64,000 nucleotides of DNA from Candidatus Berkelbacteria bacterium (lineage in GTDB: Bacteria; Patescibacteriota; UBA1384; 2-12-FULL-50-11): assembly GCA_016432625.1 (NCBI GenBank), contig CP066697.1:458561-522560 (forward strand), written 5' to 3'. This document shows, one piece after another, positions 19,578-28,612 of this stretch; positions within the stretch are counted from its first letter, which is position 1, and every line of letters starts with the position of its first letter. The translations under genes were made by a program, and so were the position numbers. A model generated the notes under the pieces. That model saw nothing but the letters and a program-made list of their open reading frames with translations. It did no database searches and had not been told where the DNA came from.

Positions 19578-22157
19578 CTAGACAGGTAATTCTTTAATTT
19601 GAGTCGTTGTGACCCGAAGGACTTCATCAATTGTCGTGATGCCCTTCAATGCTTTTATTAAACCATCTTGTGACATAGTTATCATCCCCGCATCAACCGC
19701 AGCCTTCTTTATCTCGGAGGCAGGAGCCTTGCTAACGGCGAGCGATTCGATTTTTTCGCTCATCGTTAACACCTCGTAAATGCCGATTCGTCCTTTATAA
19801 CCGTCTGTGCATTGCGAACAACCCTCGCCCTTATAGAAAACTAGCGATTCAAGGTTAATATTCTTAAGCTTCCCTGAAGGCAAGGCTTCAAGCTCTTTCT
19901 TGACGTGCGACAACACTGCCGGTGGAATTGGCGCTTTCTTTTTGCAATTATCGCAGATTTTGCGAACCAAACGTTGACCGACTACGGCGTTAACAGATGA
20001 GGTAATAAGAAACGGCTCAACGCCCATATTGATCATTCGTGGCAGGGCGCCAGCAGCGTCGTTGGTGTGAAGCGTCGAAAGCACTAAGTGACCCGTTAAG
20101 GCGGCGTGAGTAGCCATCGCGGCAGTTTCGAGGTCGCGGACCTCTCCGACCATGATAACGTTAGGATCTTGCCTCAGAACCGAGCGCAGGCCCTCAGCAA
20201 AGGTAAAGCCGATACCCGGCTTAACTTGCGCCTGGTTGATACCCGGGAGTTCGTATTCGACGGGATCTTCAAGCGTGATGATATTAACGCCTGGCTTACT
20301 AATTCTTGTTAAAACGGCGTATAGAGTTGTTGATTTACCCGAACCGGTCGGCCCGGTAGCAAGAATAATACCGTACGGTTTGTTGATGTTTTCAATCAGC
20401 CGGTCAAAGTTAGTTCCGGTCACCCCAAGCTGTTCAAGGGACAGAACGCCTTCTGACTTATCGAGCAGACGCATCACAACCTTTTCGCCGTGGACGGTCG
20501 GCATTGTTGAGACACGAAGGTCGACTTGGCGATTATCGATCACCACGTCGAACCTACCGTCTTGCGGAATACGCTGCTCGTCGATCTTCATTTTGGAGAG
20601 AATTTTGATTCGAGAGATGAGCGGGGCGTGTAGAAAATGCGGCACTCGAATAACATCGTGCAGGATGCCGTCGATACGAAAGCGGACCCGGACGCTTTCC
20701 TGTTCCGCTTCGACGTGAACGTCACTTGCCTTCATTCTAATAGCGAGGAATAGCGTCCCGGCAACAATCTCCGGAATACGGCCGTTTTTAAAGACCTTAG
20801 CCAGAAGGTCAGGACTGGTAACCGGTTCTTTGAGCAATCGGTCAAGGTTCTGGTTCTCAAGGCTTAGCTCTTGTTCTTTAGCTAGTCGCTGCAGTTCTTC
20901 ACCAGTGTCCTCAGAAGGGCGACTAATGATGTCCGTGGCCGAGAGCTTAATGCCGTCGCCCTTCTCGACCATGATATCGGCCTGCGGCTTGTGAGCCTCA
21001 GGTTTGGTTGGCTGCAGAAGCGGCGGTTTCGGCGCGTTGTTGATTGGCGAGGGCTGCTCGGCGTCTTTTTTCTGAGGCGTCGGCATGACTGGAGCGGTCG
21101 CTTGCTTGTCCTCGTGCTCAGTTACTATTTGGGCGGCTTCTGAAGCCTCGCGCGGATAAAGCTTGAGCGCTACCTCAAAGGAGTTAAGGTCGGTTCGGTA
21201 ACGGTCAACCAAGACTTTGTTTCGCGATTCGATATAGCTCAAGATCTCTCGGACCTTGACGTCGTCGGGGTTAACGGCAGCAACCTTGATGAGCGATGGT
21301 TCCAGTTTGCTTTTTGGCTCAACTGCTGCAAAAACGATGATTTGGTACTTCTCGGCCACATTAACCGGGATCTTATTAAGAACTTCCTCCGGTATTTGCA
21401 TATTTCGTAAATCAATCGTCTTGGGACGCTCTTCAACAGTTTTAACTAAACCGGCCGGTGCTGCTGGACGAGACTGGATGAGCGGAATTTTAGCGACATC
21501 CGTTGCTTCAGTGTTGTGTTCCTGCTCAATAACATGTTCCGGCTTTAAAAAAGTCGGAATCGGGCTTTTTGCTGGAGGTGTAAATTTTTCTTCCTTTTCA
21601 ACATGCGGCTGCTCGGAGGAGGTAATGGGTGCTGTTTTCGATGAAAGTTCCTCGTGGCGCGGCGGCATAATCGGCCGAGGGGAGACATCCGGGCGGTGGT
21701 AAATCTTATCTAGGGCGGCTTCGATTTCGATGCGCGACGCGATCGAGAGATGCACCTTGAGACCTTTTTGCTGGCGTAACTTTACAAGCATATCGGGGGC
21801 GTTACGTTGCAGTTTTGCTGGGTCGCCAACGGCTACCCAGAGATCAAGACGATCGAGATCGTAGACTAGAGTGCTATATTTGCGAGCCACTACCTCAGGA
21901 AGTAAACGCGCGGTTTCAGCTGGGATAGGCTTGTTAACCAAATGCATGAAGGGCAGTTCGTAGAACTCTGCGTAAGCTTTGGCTAACTCTAGCTCATCAA
22001 CCAGATGATGACTTAAGAGGTAGCGATCGACTTCGTCGAGATATTTACCGCCCAGAATTGACGAAAACCCCGGCTTTATCAAGCTTTTGTCAATTAGCAA
22101 TTTTAGAAACGACTTGGTGCTGTTAGCGTAAAGCTGGGGCAGAACGTGTAGCGTCAT
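19578..22157 (-). CDS. pilB: Type IV pilus assembly ATPase PilB (two N-terminal GspE_N-like domains, Pro-rich linker)
   Basis: Walker A GPTGSGKST, tetracysteine CDNC...CSQC, long 859-aa form. Confidence 0.85.
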   Translation of the reverse strand: MTLHVLPQLYANSTKSFLKLLIDKSLIKPGFSSILGGKYLDEVDRYLLSHHLVDELELAKAYAEFYELPFMHLVNKPIPAETARLLPEVVARKYSTLVYDLDRLDLWVAVGDPAKLQRNAPDMLVKLRQQKGLKVHLSIASRIEIEAALDKIYHRPDVSPRPIMPPRHEELSSKTAPITSSEQPHVEKEEKFTPPAKSPIPTFLKPEHVIEQEHNTEATDVAKIPLIQSRPAAPAGLVKTVEERPKTIDLRNMQIPEEVLNKIPVNVAEKYQIIVFAAVEPKSKLEPSLIKVAAVNPDDVKVREILSYIESRNKVLVDRYRTDLNSFEVALKLYPREASEAAQIVTEHEDKQATAPVMPTPQKKDAEQPSPINNAPKPPLLQPTKPEAHKPQADIMVEKGDGIKLSATDIISRPSEDTGEELQRLAKEQELSLENQNLDRLLKEPVTSPDLLAKVFKNGRIPEIVAGTLFLAIRMKASDVHVEAEQESVRVRFRIDGILHDVIRVPHFLHAPLISRIKILSKMKIDEQRIPQDGRFDVVIDNRQVDLRVSTMPTVHGEKVVMRLLDKSEGVLSLEQLGVTGTNFDRLIENINKPYGIILATGPTGSGKSTTLYAVLTRISKPGVNIITLEDPVEYELPGINQAQVKPGIGFTFAEGLRSVLRQDPNVIMVGEVRDLETAAMATHAALTGHLVLSTLHTNDAAGALPRMINMGVEPFLITSSVNAVVGQRLVRKICDNCKKKAPIPPAVLSHVKKELEALPSGKLKNINLESLVFYKGEGCSQCTDGYKGRIGIYEVLTMSEKIESLAVSKAPASEIKKAAVDAGMITMSQDGLIKALKGITTIDEVLRVTTTQIKELPV

Positions 22158-22166
22158 ACATTTATA

Positions 22167-22439
22167 TTAATAACGCTCAAAGACGTTCGACCGGCCAATA
22201 TTATTGGCGTCGAAGCTAACCGGCACGCCGTTAGGTACGTTTAGTTTGCGGACCGCCTCTGTCACTGCATTACCAGAGAAAAAGTCACGAGGCAAGATGT
22301 CGAGAGGCTTCGCCTTTGCGGCAACATCGGCTGAACGTGGCAGATTGAGTAGCAGTGAGACGATGAAGCCTAGGACAGCGATAAGTAGCAGTGCGAGGCC
22401 AATTAACGTTTGAACTCGGTGTGCGTAACGTGAACCCAT
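22167..22439 (-). CDS. Small single-TM protein in pilus operon
   Basis: 90 aa, N-terminal TM; 1-nt overlap with the PilO-like gene. Confidence 0.4.
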   Translation of the reverse strand: MGSRYAHRVQTLIGLALLLIAVLGFIVSLLLNLPRSADVAAKAKPLDILPRDFFSGNAVTEAVRKLNVPNGVPVSFDANNIGRSNVFERY

Positions 22440-22948
22440 TATTGAGCCTCCCCCTGGAATACTAATCCAAGCTGCATCGTTACTGTCAGAGTACCATTAT
22501 TATCGGCGATCATTGATTGGTCTTTGATAATCACGGTGCGAATATTATTGTGCAAGGAATTCAAAAACGAGGTTACTGTCCCTAGGCCACCGGTGAAGGC
22601 AACCGTAACCGGTACCTCACTGCCGTTAGCTTCGCCAACTGTGGCGGAACCAAGAGTTACACCGCTTGAAGCGGCAAGCGCCTCGATCATCACCAGTACC
22701 TCAGGAATTTGGCCAGTTTTAGGCATCGCTAGATATTGAGCTCGCAAGACAGATTGGATTGATTCACCTTTGTCTCGAATAAAGGTTATATCTTCAATGC
22801 GTTGCTCATAAGAAAACAGCTCCTCTTGCTTGACCTTGGATTCCAGTGAGCGCTCGGTGAAAACATTAATTTGTGGCCGAACGATGAAGAACCAGCCGAT
22901 AATGGCAACGAGCAGAAGTAAGAAGCCGCGGTTCGATTTATTTAGCAT
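22439..22948 (-). CDS. PilO-like pilus assembly protein
   Basis: TM, then coiled coil, then alpha/beta domain. Confidence 0.5.
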   Translation of the reverse strand: MLNKSNRGFLLLLVAIIGWFFIVRPQINVFTERSLESKVKQEELFSYEQRIEDITFIRDKGESIQSVLRAQYLAMPKTGQIPEVLVMIEALAASSGVTLGSATVGEANGSEVPVTVAFTGGLGTVTSFLNSLHNNIRTVIIKDQSMIADNNGTLTVTMQLGLVFQGEAQ

Positions 22949-23514
22949 TATTTCAGTACTCCCATATTAAGGCTGCCGGAGATGGTAAAGCTGACGATAC
23001 GGTTGCCATCCTTTGTCGCGAAACCGTTATTGCTGAGTTTAGCGCTACTAAAAGGAGTCGGGGCGGCAGTGGAGCCCTTTTGCCATACCACTAATGCCTG
23101 GGCCAAACTGCTCATGCTTTGTGTCTCCCCATCAAGGCGGAACGTTCCGTTTACATTAAGCTGGATACTGTTAACCTTGACATTTTTAGGCGTCACGGCG
23201 TTTAGCATGGTGTAAAACTGCGACCAATTAACCTTGCTATCAAGTACCGTTTGTAGAAGCTTCTGTCCAGCCAAGACTTCTTCAAGTTGAGTATTAAGGG
23301 TGGTGTATTCCGGCGACGCGAGTGTCTTTTGGCTTGCGCTGATTTTGTTACCGATAGTCTGGGCTCGACTTTTTTGGTAAAGGTTTAAGCCAATAAGAAG
23401 TAGGATTTCTACCAAAACGACAAGGAAAATTGCCACCCCAAAGGTGTCGAACGGACTCTTTGTCGCCTCAACTTGGGCAATTTCTTCCTGATTTTTTTGG
23501 TCGTTCTGAGCCAA
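22948..23514 (-). CDS. PilN-like pilus assembly protein
   Basis: Short cytoplasmic N-terminus, TM, periplasmic domain; no pilM upstream. Confidence 0.5.
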   Translation of the reverse strand: MAQNDQKNQEEIAQVEATKSPFDTFGVAIFLVVLVEILLLIGLNLYQKSRAQTIGNKISASQKTLASPEYTTLNTQLEEVLAGQKLLQTVLDSKVNWSQFYTMLNAVTPKNVKVNSIQLNVNGTFRLDGETQSMSSLAQALVVWQKGSTAAPTPFSSAKLSNNGFATKDGNRIVSFTISGSLNMGVLK

Positions 23515-23720
23515 AACCCCTCCTTTTTATACTGTACTTTATTACTCTACTGATGTCGTAAGCGCTCTGTCAATGCCGCCTAGCTTCGGTAAATAAAGAC
23601 CCACAATCTGTCTGTAGGCGGTTTCGCAGGGGTGACAGGAAGTCTCGTCGCTATCGCTCCTCGGAAAGCTACTACGCTAACGCTTCGTCGCTAGTGAACC
23701 TGGTTCAAGCCAGACACCAC

Positions 23721-23756
23721 AAAAAGAAGAACGCCCGAATGGGCGTTCTTCTTTTT
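23721..23756 (-). terminator. Rho-independent terminator after tRNA-Trp
   Basis: AAAAAGAAGAACGCCC-GAAT-GGGCGTTCTTCTTTTT. Confidence 0.7.
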
Positions 23757-23831
23757 GCAGGGGTGACAGGATTTGAACCTGCGACACACGGTTTTGGAGA
23801 CCGTTGCTCTGCCGGGCTGAGCTACACCCCT
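23757..23831 (-). tRNA. tRNA-Trp (CCA)
   Basis: Cloverleaf folds manually; anticodon loop CUCCAAA. Confidence 0.85.
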
Positions 23832-23891
23832 ATAATTCGAGCGAACTCGAACAGAGTAATTCTATCAAGTAATTGGCTGAAAATCTGCCGC

Positions 23892-24386
23892 CTAGGCGGT
23901 GTGGCCGGAAGACTCTGTTGATCTGCCAGATTCTTGGGTCTCGCTTAGATCAACTAGTTGGATGCCGAGTTTCAAAGAGGTGTCGCGAATCTTTGGCTCG
24001 CGGTAAAACTCGCCGTAAACAATTTTTTTGATGCCGGCGTTAGCCAGCAGCTTAAAACACTCCCAGCAGGGACTAGCAGTGATGTAAATTTCGGCACCGT
24101 CTACAGCCACACCGTTTCGGGCAGCTTGAACGAGTGCGTTAGTTTCGGCGTGAATCGTGCGGACGCAGTGTCCGTTAACCATGTCGTGCCCAATTTCGTC
24201 ACAGTGCGGTAGGCCACGGATAGAGCCGTTATAACCAGTCGAGAGAATAACACGGTCGCGGACAATGACGGCACCAACGTGCTTACGGTCGCAAGTGCCC
24301 CGAGTCGCCACGACTCTGGCGACGTTCATGAAATATTCGTCCCAACCGACTCGCTTGTACTCTGGTAGCTTAGGCTTTCTTGCCAT
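23892..24386 (-). CDS. dCMP deaminase (ComEB-like)
   Basis: HAE...PCxxC zinc-dependent cytidine deaminase motifs. Confidence 0.85.
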   Translation of the reverse strand: MARKPKLPEYKRVGWDEYFMNVARVVATRGTCDRKHVGAVIVRDRVILSTGYNGSIRGLPHCDEIGHDMVNGHCVRTIHAETNALVQAARNGVAVDGAEIYITASPCWECFKLLANAGIKKIVYGEFYREPKIRDTSLKLGIQLVDLSETQESGRSTESSGHTA

Positions 24387-24915
24387 CTATGTATTTCTCC
24401 ACCTCTTTTTTTAGCTCTTCCTCTGATCCAGTATTTACCACCGTCACGTCGGCCATGGCAATAGGGCCGGCCTGCTGAAGCTTTTCAATTTGACTATGGT
24501 CTCGCGAACGAACCTCAGATTCGCTCAGCGGCCGATGCGGACGGACCGCGAGACGTTTCGCTCTAAGTTGCGGCGGCGAATAGATCGCCATCACTTCTAG
24601 ATACGGAAACTTTTCTTTCAACACTAAATACTCTTCCCAGGAATACATGCTTTCGATCACCACGTCTCCCTTTTTCAGCAGCCGTTCGATTTTGGGGATA
24701 CTAAGCTTGGCGTAGGCGCTCATTCCATGTTCAGCGCGCAAGCGCTCCCTCATCAATCGCTCATTTTTTTCGTTGACCTCGAGACCCTCTTCTTGGAGTT
24801 TTTCAAAAGTCAGGTCGCCAAAATATATTTTTTGGAAGCCGTTTGAAACGAATATTGCCGTGGCAACTGATTTGCCGCTTCCCGGCATTCCTACAAGAGC
24901 TACAAGACGAGGCAT
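24370..24915 (-). CDS. P-loop nucleoside-monophosphate kinase-like protein
   Basis: GMPGSGKS Walker A; small kinase fold; overlaps the dCMP deaminase gene. Confidence 0.45.
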   Translation of the reverse strand: MPRLVALVGMPGSGKSVATAIFVSNGFQKIYFGDLTFEKLQEEGLEVNEKNERLMRERLRAEHGMSAYAKLSIPKIERLLKKGDVVIESMYSWEEYLVLKEKFPYLEVMAIYSPPQLRAKRLAVRPHRPLSESEVRSRDHSQIEKLQQAGPIAMADVTVVNTGSEEELKKEVEKYIDGKKA

Positions 24916-24954
24916 TTCTTCGACCTAATCACGTTTGCCCCGCCTTGCAAAGTC

Positions 24955-25122
24955 TTACTTACCTTCTTTGTGAAGGGTGACTTTACCGCAACGGGTGCAG
25001 AGCTTCTTCAGCTGCAGACGGTCGGGGGTTTTGGTTTTGTTTTTTTCTGTATGGTAATTAATCTCGTGGCACTCGGTGCATTCAAGATGAATTATTGTTC
25101 GGGCTGCTTTTTTCTTTGCCAT
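24955..25122 (-). CDS. rpmG: Ribosomal protein L33
   Basis: 55-aa [55 protein letters not shown]; C4 zinc ribbon; below the ORF-track size cutoff. Confidence 0.8.
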   Translation of the reverse strand: MAKKKAARTIIHLECTECHEINYHTEKNKTKTPDRLQLKKLCTRCGKVTLHKEGK

Positions 25123-25145
25123 TTGTTTCCTTTTCTAGATTTCTG

Positions 25146-25217
<72 letters not shown>

Positions 25218-25347
25218 TTGTCGCGACAGTATTACTGTCTACTAAACGCTCGCTGCCGCAACAAGGTACATTCTATTTTATTCTGGCAGCATCTCGTTTA
25301 ATCGTATCCAGCAACACTGTCGCTCGTTGTTGGAGATTAAACGAATG

Positions 25348-25431
25348 TGCTGGGGGTAGGATTCGAACCTACGAAGGCACAGGGCCGTCTGATTTACAGT
25401 CAGATGCGTTTGACCGCTTCGCTACCCCAGC
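25348..25431 (-). tRNA. tRNA-Tyr (GUA)
   Basis: Long variable arm; anticodon loop CUGUAAA; similar to E. coli tRNA-Tyr. Confidence 0.85.
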
Positions 25432-25564
25432 GCGTTGTTAAATTTTATCAAAGAACAGGTTGAAAATACAGGATTTGAGCAACTGTCGGGATACTCGCTC
25501 AAGGCTCATTCCTCAGTAGCATTGAGCCACCTGTCGGAATACTCACGAGTTCGTTCCGACATCG

Positions 25565-25637
25565 AGCCACCTGTCGGAATCGAACCGACGACCCGCTGTT
25601 TACAAAACAGCCGCTCTGGCCTCTGAGCTAAGGTGGC
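25565..25637 (-). tRNA. tRNA-Thr (UGU)
   Basis: Anticodon loop UUUGUAA. Confidence 0.8.
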
Positions 25638-25649
25638 GCTCCAGTTATT

Positions 25650-26294
25650 CTACTTTTTGTTTAGTAATTGCTCAAGGAGTGCACGGTATTTCGGAGAGAC
25701 CGGATCAAGGCTTATAGCTTCACGGATGGTGGCAATCGCCCGCTGGTTGTCGTTCTTGCCTTCGTAGGCAAGCGCCAAATTGTAATGCCTGGACGGATTG
25801 TACTTATCGAGCTTTACCGCAACTTTGAGAGCCTCGATTGCGTCCGAGTAGCTCTTGCGTTGCAGGTAAATCAGCCCCAACCTGGCGTAAACTTTAGAGT
25901 CTTTGGGGTTTCGCGTTGCTGCTGTTAAGAAAAAACGCTCCGCCTCTTCGAGTTTGCCGCTTTTAAAAAGCGCTTCCCCTTCCTCGTAGTGGGTCATTAA
26001 TTCTGCCCGATCGCCTAAGGCTTCTTCTTTCCAGAAATTAGAATCGCCCTGCGAAGTATTTACGGCGCGTCTCGGAGTATTTAATCCACCCGGATTGAAA
26101 CGCGGTACGCGAACCGCCTTCGTCCTGTCGCTGACCCCGCTTTTAATCTTGTTAAGCAAGCTTAAAATAATCGCCAAAAATGCTTTCGCAATTCTGATAA
26201 TGAACAGCCAGACGCTTTCAATCATCGTAAAACGCCGCAACAACAAAACGATGAATAAGGCAACGGCGACGAAAAAGATTATTTGGGCAGTCAT
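25650..26294 (-). CDS. Membrane-anchored TPR-repeat protein
   Basis: N-terminal TM helices plus TPR repeats. Confidence 0.6.
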   Translation of the reverse strand: MTAQIIFFVAVALFIVLLLRRFTMIESVWLFIIRIAKAFLAIILSLLNKIKSGVSDRTKAVRVPRFNPGGLNTPRRAVNTSQGDSNFWKEEALGDRAELMTHYEEGEALFKSGKLEEAERFFLTAATRNPKDSKVYARLGLIYLQRKSYSDAIEALKVAVKLDKYNPSRHYNLALAYEGKNDNQRAIATIREAISLDPVSPKYRALLEQLLNKK

Positions 26295-26304
26295 TTTTTA
26301 GTAC

Positions 26305-26922
26305 TCAACTCTCACTCGTACTCGAGTTGAACGGCCAGTTCAAGAGGAAGGAGTCAATTACCAGCTTCTGATTAGCGTTTTGACGCAATCTTCTTATGGC
26401 TCGGTCGAGTAGATTAACCTGAAGAACCTTACTTTTGTTCGGCAAATCCGTCAATTGCGTCTTAGCGGTAGACAGCATCTTTATAAGAAGCTTTTCCAAC
26501 TTACTTCGGTCTTTGACTTGTTCTAAAACGGCTCTTGCTTCGCGGTAGTCGGTAAACAGTTTTTCTGGCTCTAGGTCAGTTTCCCGAATAGCGCTATCGA
26601 GACGGTGCAAGCGCGACTGAATCGTCGGCAATAAACTTGCCGGATTTACGACCTCCAAAATCACCGTCAGGAAAAGGGGCGGTTCCTCGAGGAGTTTGAG
26701 CAAAGTGTTCTGCACTGCCTCGCTCAAGGCATCGGCGTGGCGAATAGCCATCAGCCTTGCGTCCCCAAAAGGTTGCAAACTCGCCTGGGCGATGAGGTGT
26801 CTGGCTTCTTTAACACCGAGCGTATCTGCCTCAACCCACGTTTGATCGATCTTCGACCAAAGCGCAAACCGCGGTTCGGACGGGTCGAGGTAGTTTACCA
26901 GATAGGATCGTCCGGGCTGCAT
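26305..26922 (-). CDS. holB: DNA polymerase III delta'-like subunit (no Walker A)
   Basis: NTLLKLLEEPP...SRL clamp-loader motif. Confidence 0.6.
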   Translation of the reverse strand: MQPGRSYLVNYLDPSEPRFALWSKIDQTWVEADTLGVKEARHLIAQASLQPFGDARLMAIRHADALSEAVQNTLLKLLEEPPLFLTVILEVVNPASLLPTIQSRLHRLDSAIRETDLEPEKLFTDYREARAVLEQVKDRSKLEKLLIKMLSTAKTQLTDLPNKSKVLQVNLLDRAIRRLRQNANQKLVIDSFLLNWPFNSSTSES

Positions 26923-26975
26923 GCATGGATTGTAAAGAAAAACTCATTTTTTAGCGAGACTGCGGTAGTGGTAGA

Positions 26976-27299
26976 ATGGTGGTCATGGAACAGGAATACC
27001 AAGACAAGTCCTTGAAGTGTAAGGACTGTGGCGAAGAATTCATTTGGACGGCTGGCGAACAGGAGTTCTTCTTTTCCCGTGGCTTCAAAAACAAACCAGC
27101 TCGCTGCAAAGAGTGCCGTAAGAAAAATAGGCAAAAAGTAGAGACCGAGTATTTTCGGGTAACTTGCTCCGTCTGTCGCCAGGTCGGCGACGTTCTATTT
27201 AAGCCGGCAAACCCTGAGGCTAAAGTCTATTGCAAAAATTGCTTCGAAACGGAATTCTTAAAGAAAGAAGCGGCGGATAGCGCCGTTACTTCACAGTAG
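26976..27299 (+). CDS. Double zinc-ribbon protein
   Basis: CKDCG...CKECR and CSVCR...CKNC pairs. Confidence 0.5.
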   Translation: MVVMEQEYQDKSLKCKDCGEEFIWTAGEQEFFFSRGFKNKPARCKECRKKNRQKVETEYFRVTCSVCRQVGDVLFKPANPEAKVYCKNCFETEFLKKEAADSAVTSQ

Positions 27300-27483
27300 T
27301 CTTCTTGAGAGTACGACGACACCTGGAACAAATAAGCAGGCCGTTCCATTTTTGCAGGTTCGGCAAAATTGTCCGCTGTGTTTTATGCAGTGACTTTGGG
27401 CGGTTATAGCCAACTTGCGGTGACTTACCACAAATCTGGCAAATTTCCGTACGAATGGTTTTTAGAGATTTTGATCCAAGCAT
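27286..27483 (-). CDS. rpmB: Ribosomal protein L28
   Basis: ICQICGK...LPNLQ...CSRC L28 signature. ORF track extends to 27573; ATG at 27483 is more plausible. Confidence 0.7.
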   Translation of the reverse strand: MLGSKSLKTIRTEICQICGKSPQVGYNRPKSLHKTQRTILPNLQKWNGLLICSRCRRTLKKTTVK

Positions 27484-27585
27484 TTTGAATGGGTATACCC
27501 GCCGAGACGTAAAGTCTCTAGGGAAAGTCGACGTCCTGTCGACTATCACTAGCGATACACTAGTGGATATCATATATTATTACTG

Positions 27586-28215
27586 ATGCAGCTTCAAGAT
27601 TTCGGGGTCAGTTTAATTCTTATTATTGTCATTCTCCTCAGCCTGTCGGTGCATGAGTACGCTCACGCTCTAGTGGCTTCCATTTTCGGTGACGATACTG
27701 CCAAGCGCGAAGGACGGCAAACGATCAACCCGCTCGCCCACTGGGATCCAGTTGGCACGACGCTCCTTGTGGGATTGTTGCTCCTTAGAGCTTTTGGCCT
27801 AGAGCTTCCGGTCTTTGGCTGGGGTAAGCCGGTACCGGTCAATGAAGACAATTTCGACAACCCACGCTTACAGGGGCTTCAGGTAGCCTTGGCTGGACCG
27901 CTGAGCAATCTACTCTTAGCCGCACTCTTTGCCTTTGTTGCTAACTTAGTAGGCTCATACGGGGTGTGGAGAGAGGTCCTTGTCGCGTCAGTTTATCTCA
28001 ATGTTTTCCTGATGTTCTTCAATTTAATACCTGTGCCACCGTTAGACGGTTCCAGAATTTTGCGCTTGTTTATCAGTGACCGAGCCTACTACGCTCTGAG
28101 CGCAAACCCGATGATCTTTTTTGTTTTGATTTTCTTGGCGTTTGGGTTCCTGCTTAACTATTTAGTCCAGCTCAGCTACTTCCTCACCGGGAAATTATTA
28201 ATCCTCAGCCTGTGA
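27586..28215 (+). CDS. M50-family intramembrane metalloprotease
   Basis: HEYAHA HExxH in a TM helix; LDGSRIL second motif. Confidence 0.7.
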   Translation: MQLQDFGVSLILIIVILLSLSVHEYAHALVASIFGDDTAKREGRQTINPLAHWDPVGTTLLVGLLLLRAFGLELPVFGWGKPVPVNEDNFDNPRLQGLQVALAGPLSNLLLAALFAFVANLVGSYGVWREVLVASVYLNVFLMFFNLIPVPPLDGSRILRLFISDRAYYALSANPMIFFVLIFLAFGFLLNYLVQLSYFLTGKLLILSL

Positions 28216-28481
28216 GTATCGGCGGCCAATGTGTGGCCGCCTTAATTCGGCTAGAATAGGGCGGTCTTGCAAGCCCTAACAATTGGTCCTCAATCTAAAA
28301 TAAAGGGAATCTGCCTTTGGGGCGGTTGTGGCTGATTAGCCACAACCGGTCGCGTTTGTCGTTCGCGACAAACCGTAGGATACCCACTTCTCCCGTAGTC
28401 GTGGCCGGGTGTAAAACTGGGCGCGACCGAATGTGGGGACTAAGAAGATGGGTGCCAATTTGTTAGTGGCTTGCAAGCAAA

Positions 28482-28554
28482 CGGGCTGTGGCGCAGTTGG
28501 TAGCGCGCATGCATGGGGTGCATGAGGTCGCTGGTTCAAGTCCAGTCAGCCCGA
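28482..28554 (+). tRNA. tRNA-Pro (GGG)
   Basis: Manual fold; anticodon loop AUGGGGU. Confidence 0.85.
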
Positions 28555-28612
28555 CAAACAGGGTAACGGCTTTGACTTCAGGGGTTTTTCTGATACATAC
28601 AGATTGGCGCCT

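Noticed and set aside
20152-20718. 188-aa antisense ORF inside pilB (and similar antisense ORFs inside pepF, topA, radA, argS)
   Set aside because: They are antisense to well-supported conserved genes and show no domain signatures.
23694-23921. ORF overlapping tRNA-Trp; similarly ORFs 25435-25626 and 28336-28670 overlapping tRNA-Thr/tRNA-Pro
   Set aside because: They are fully explained by the tRNA genes and have no independent coding signal.
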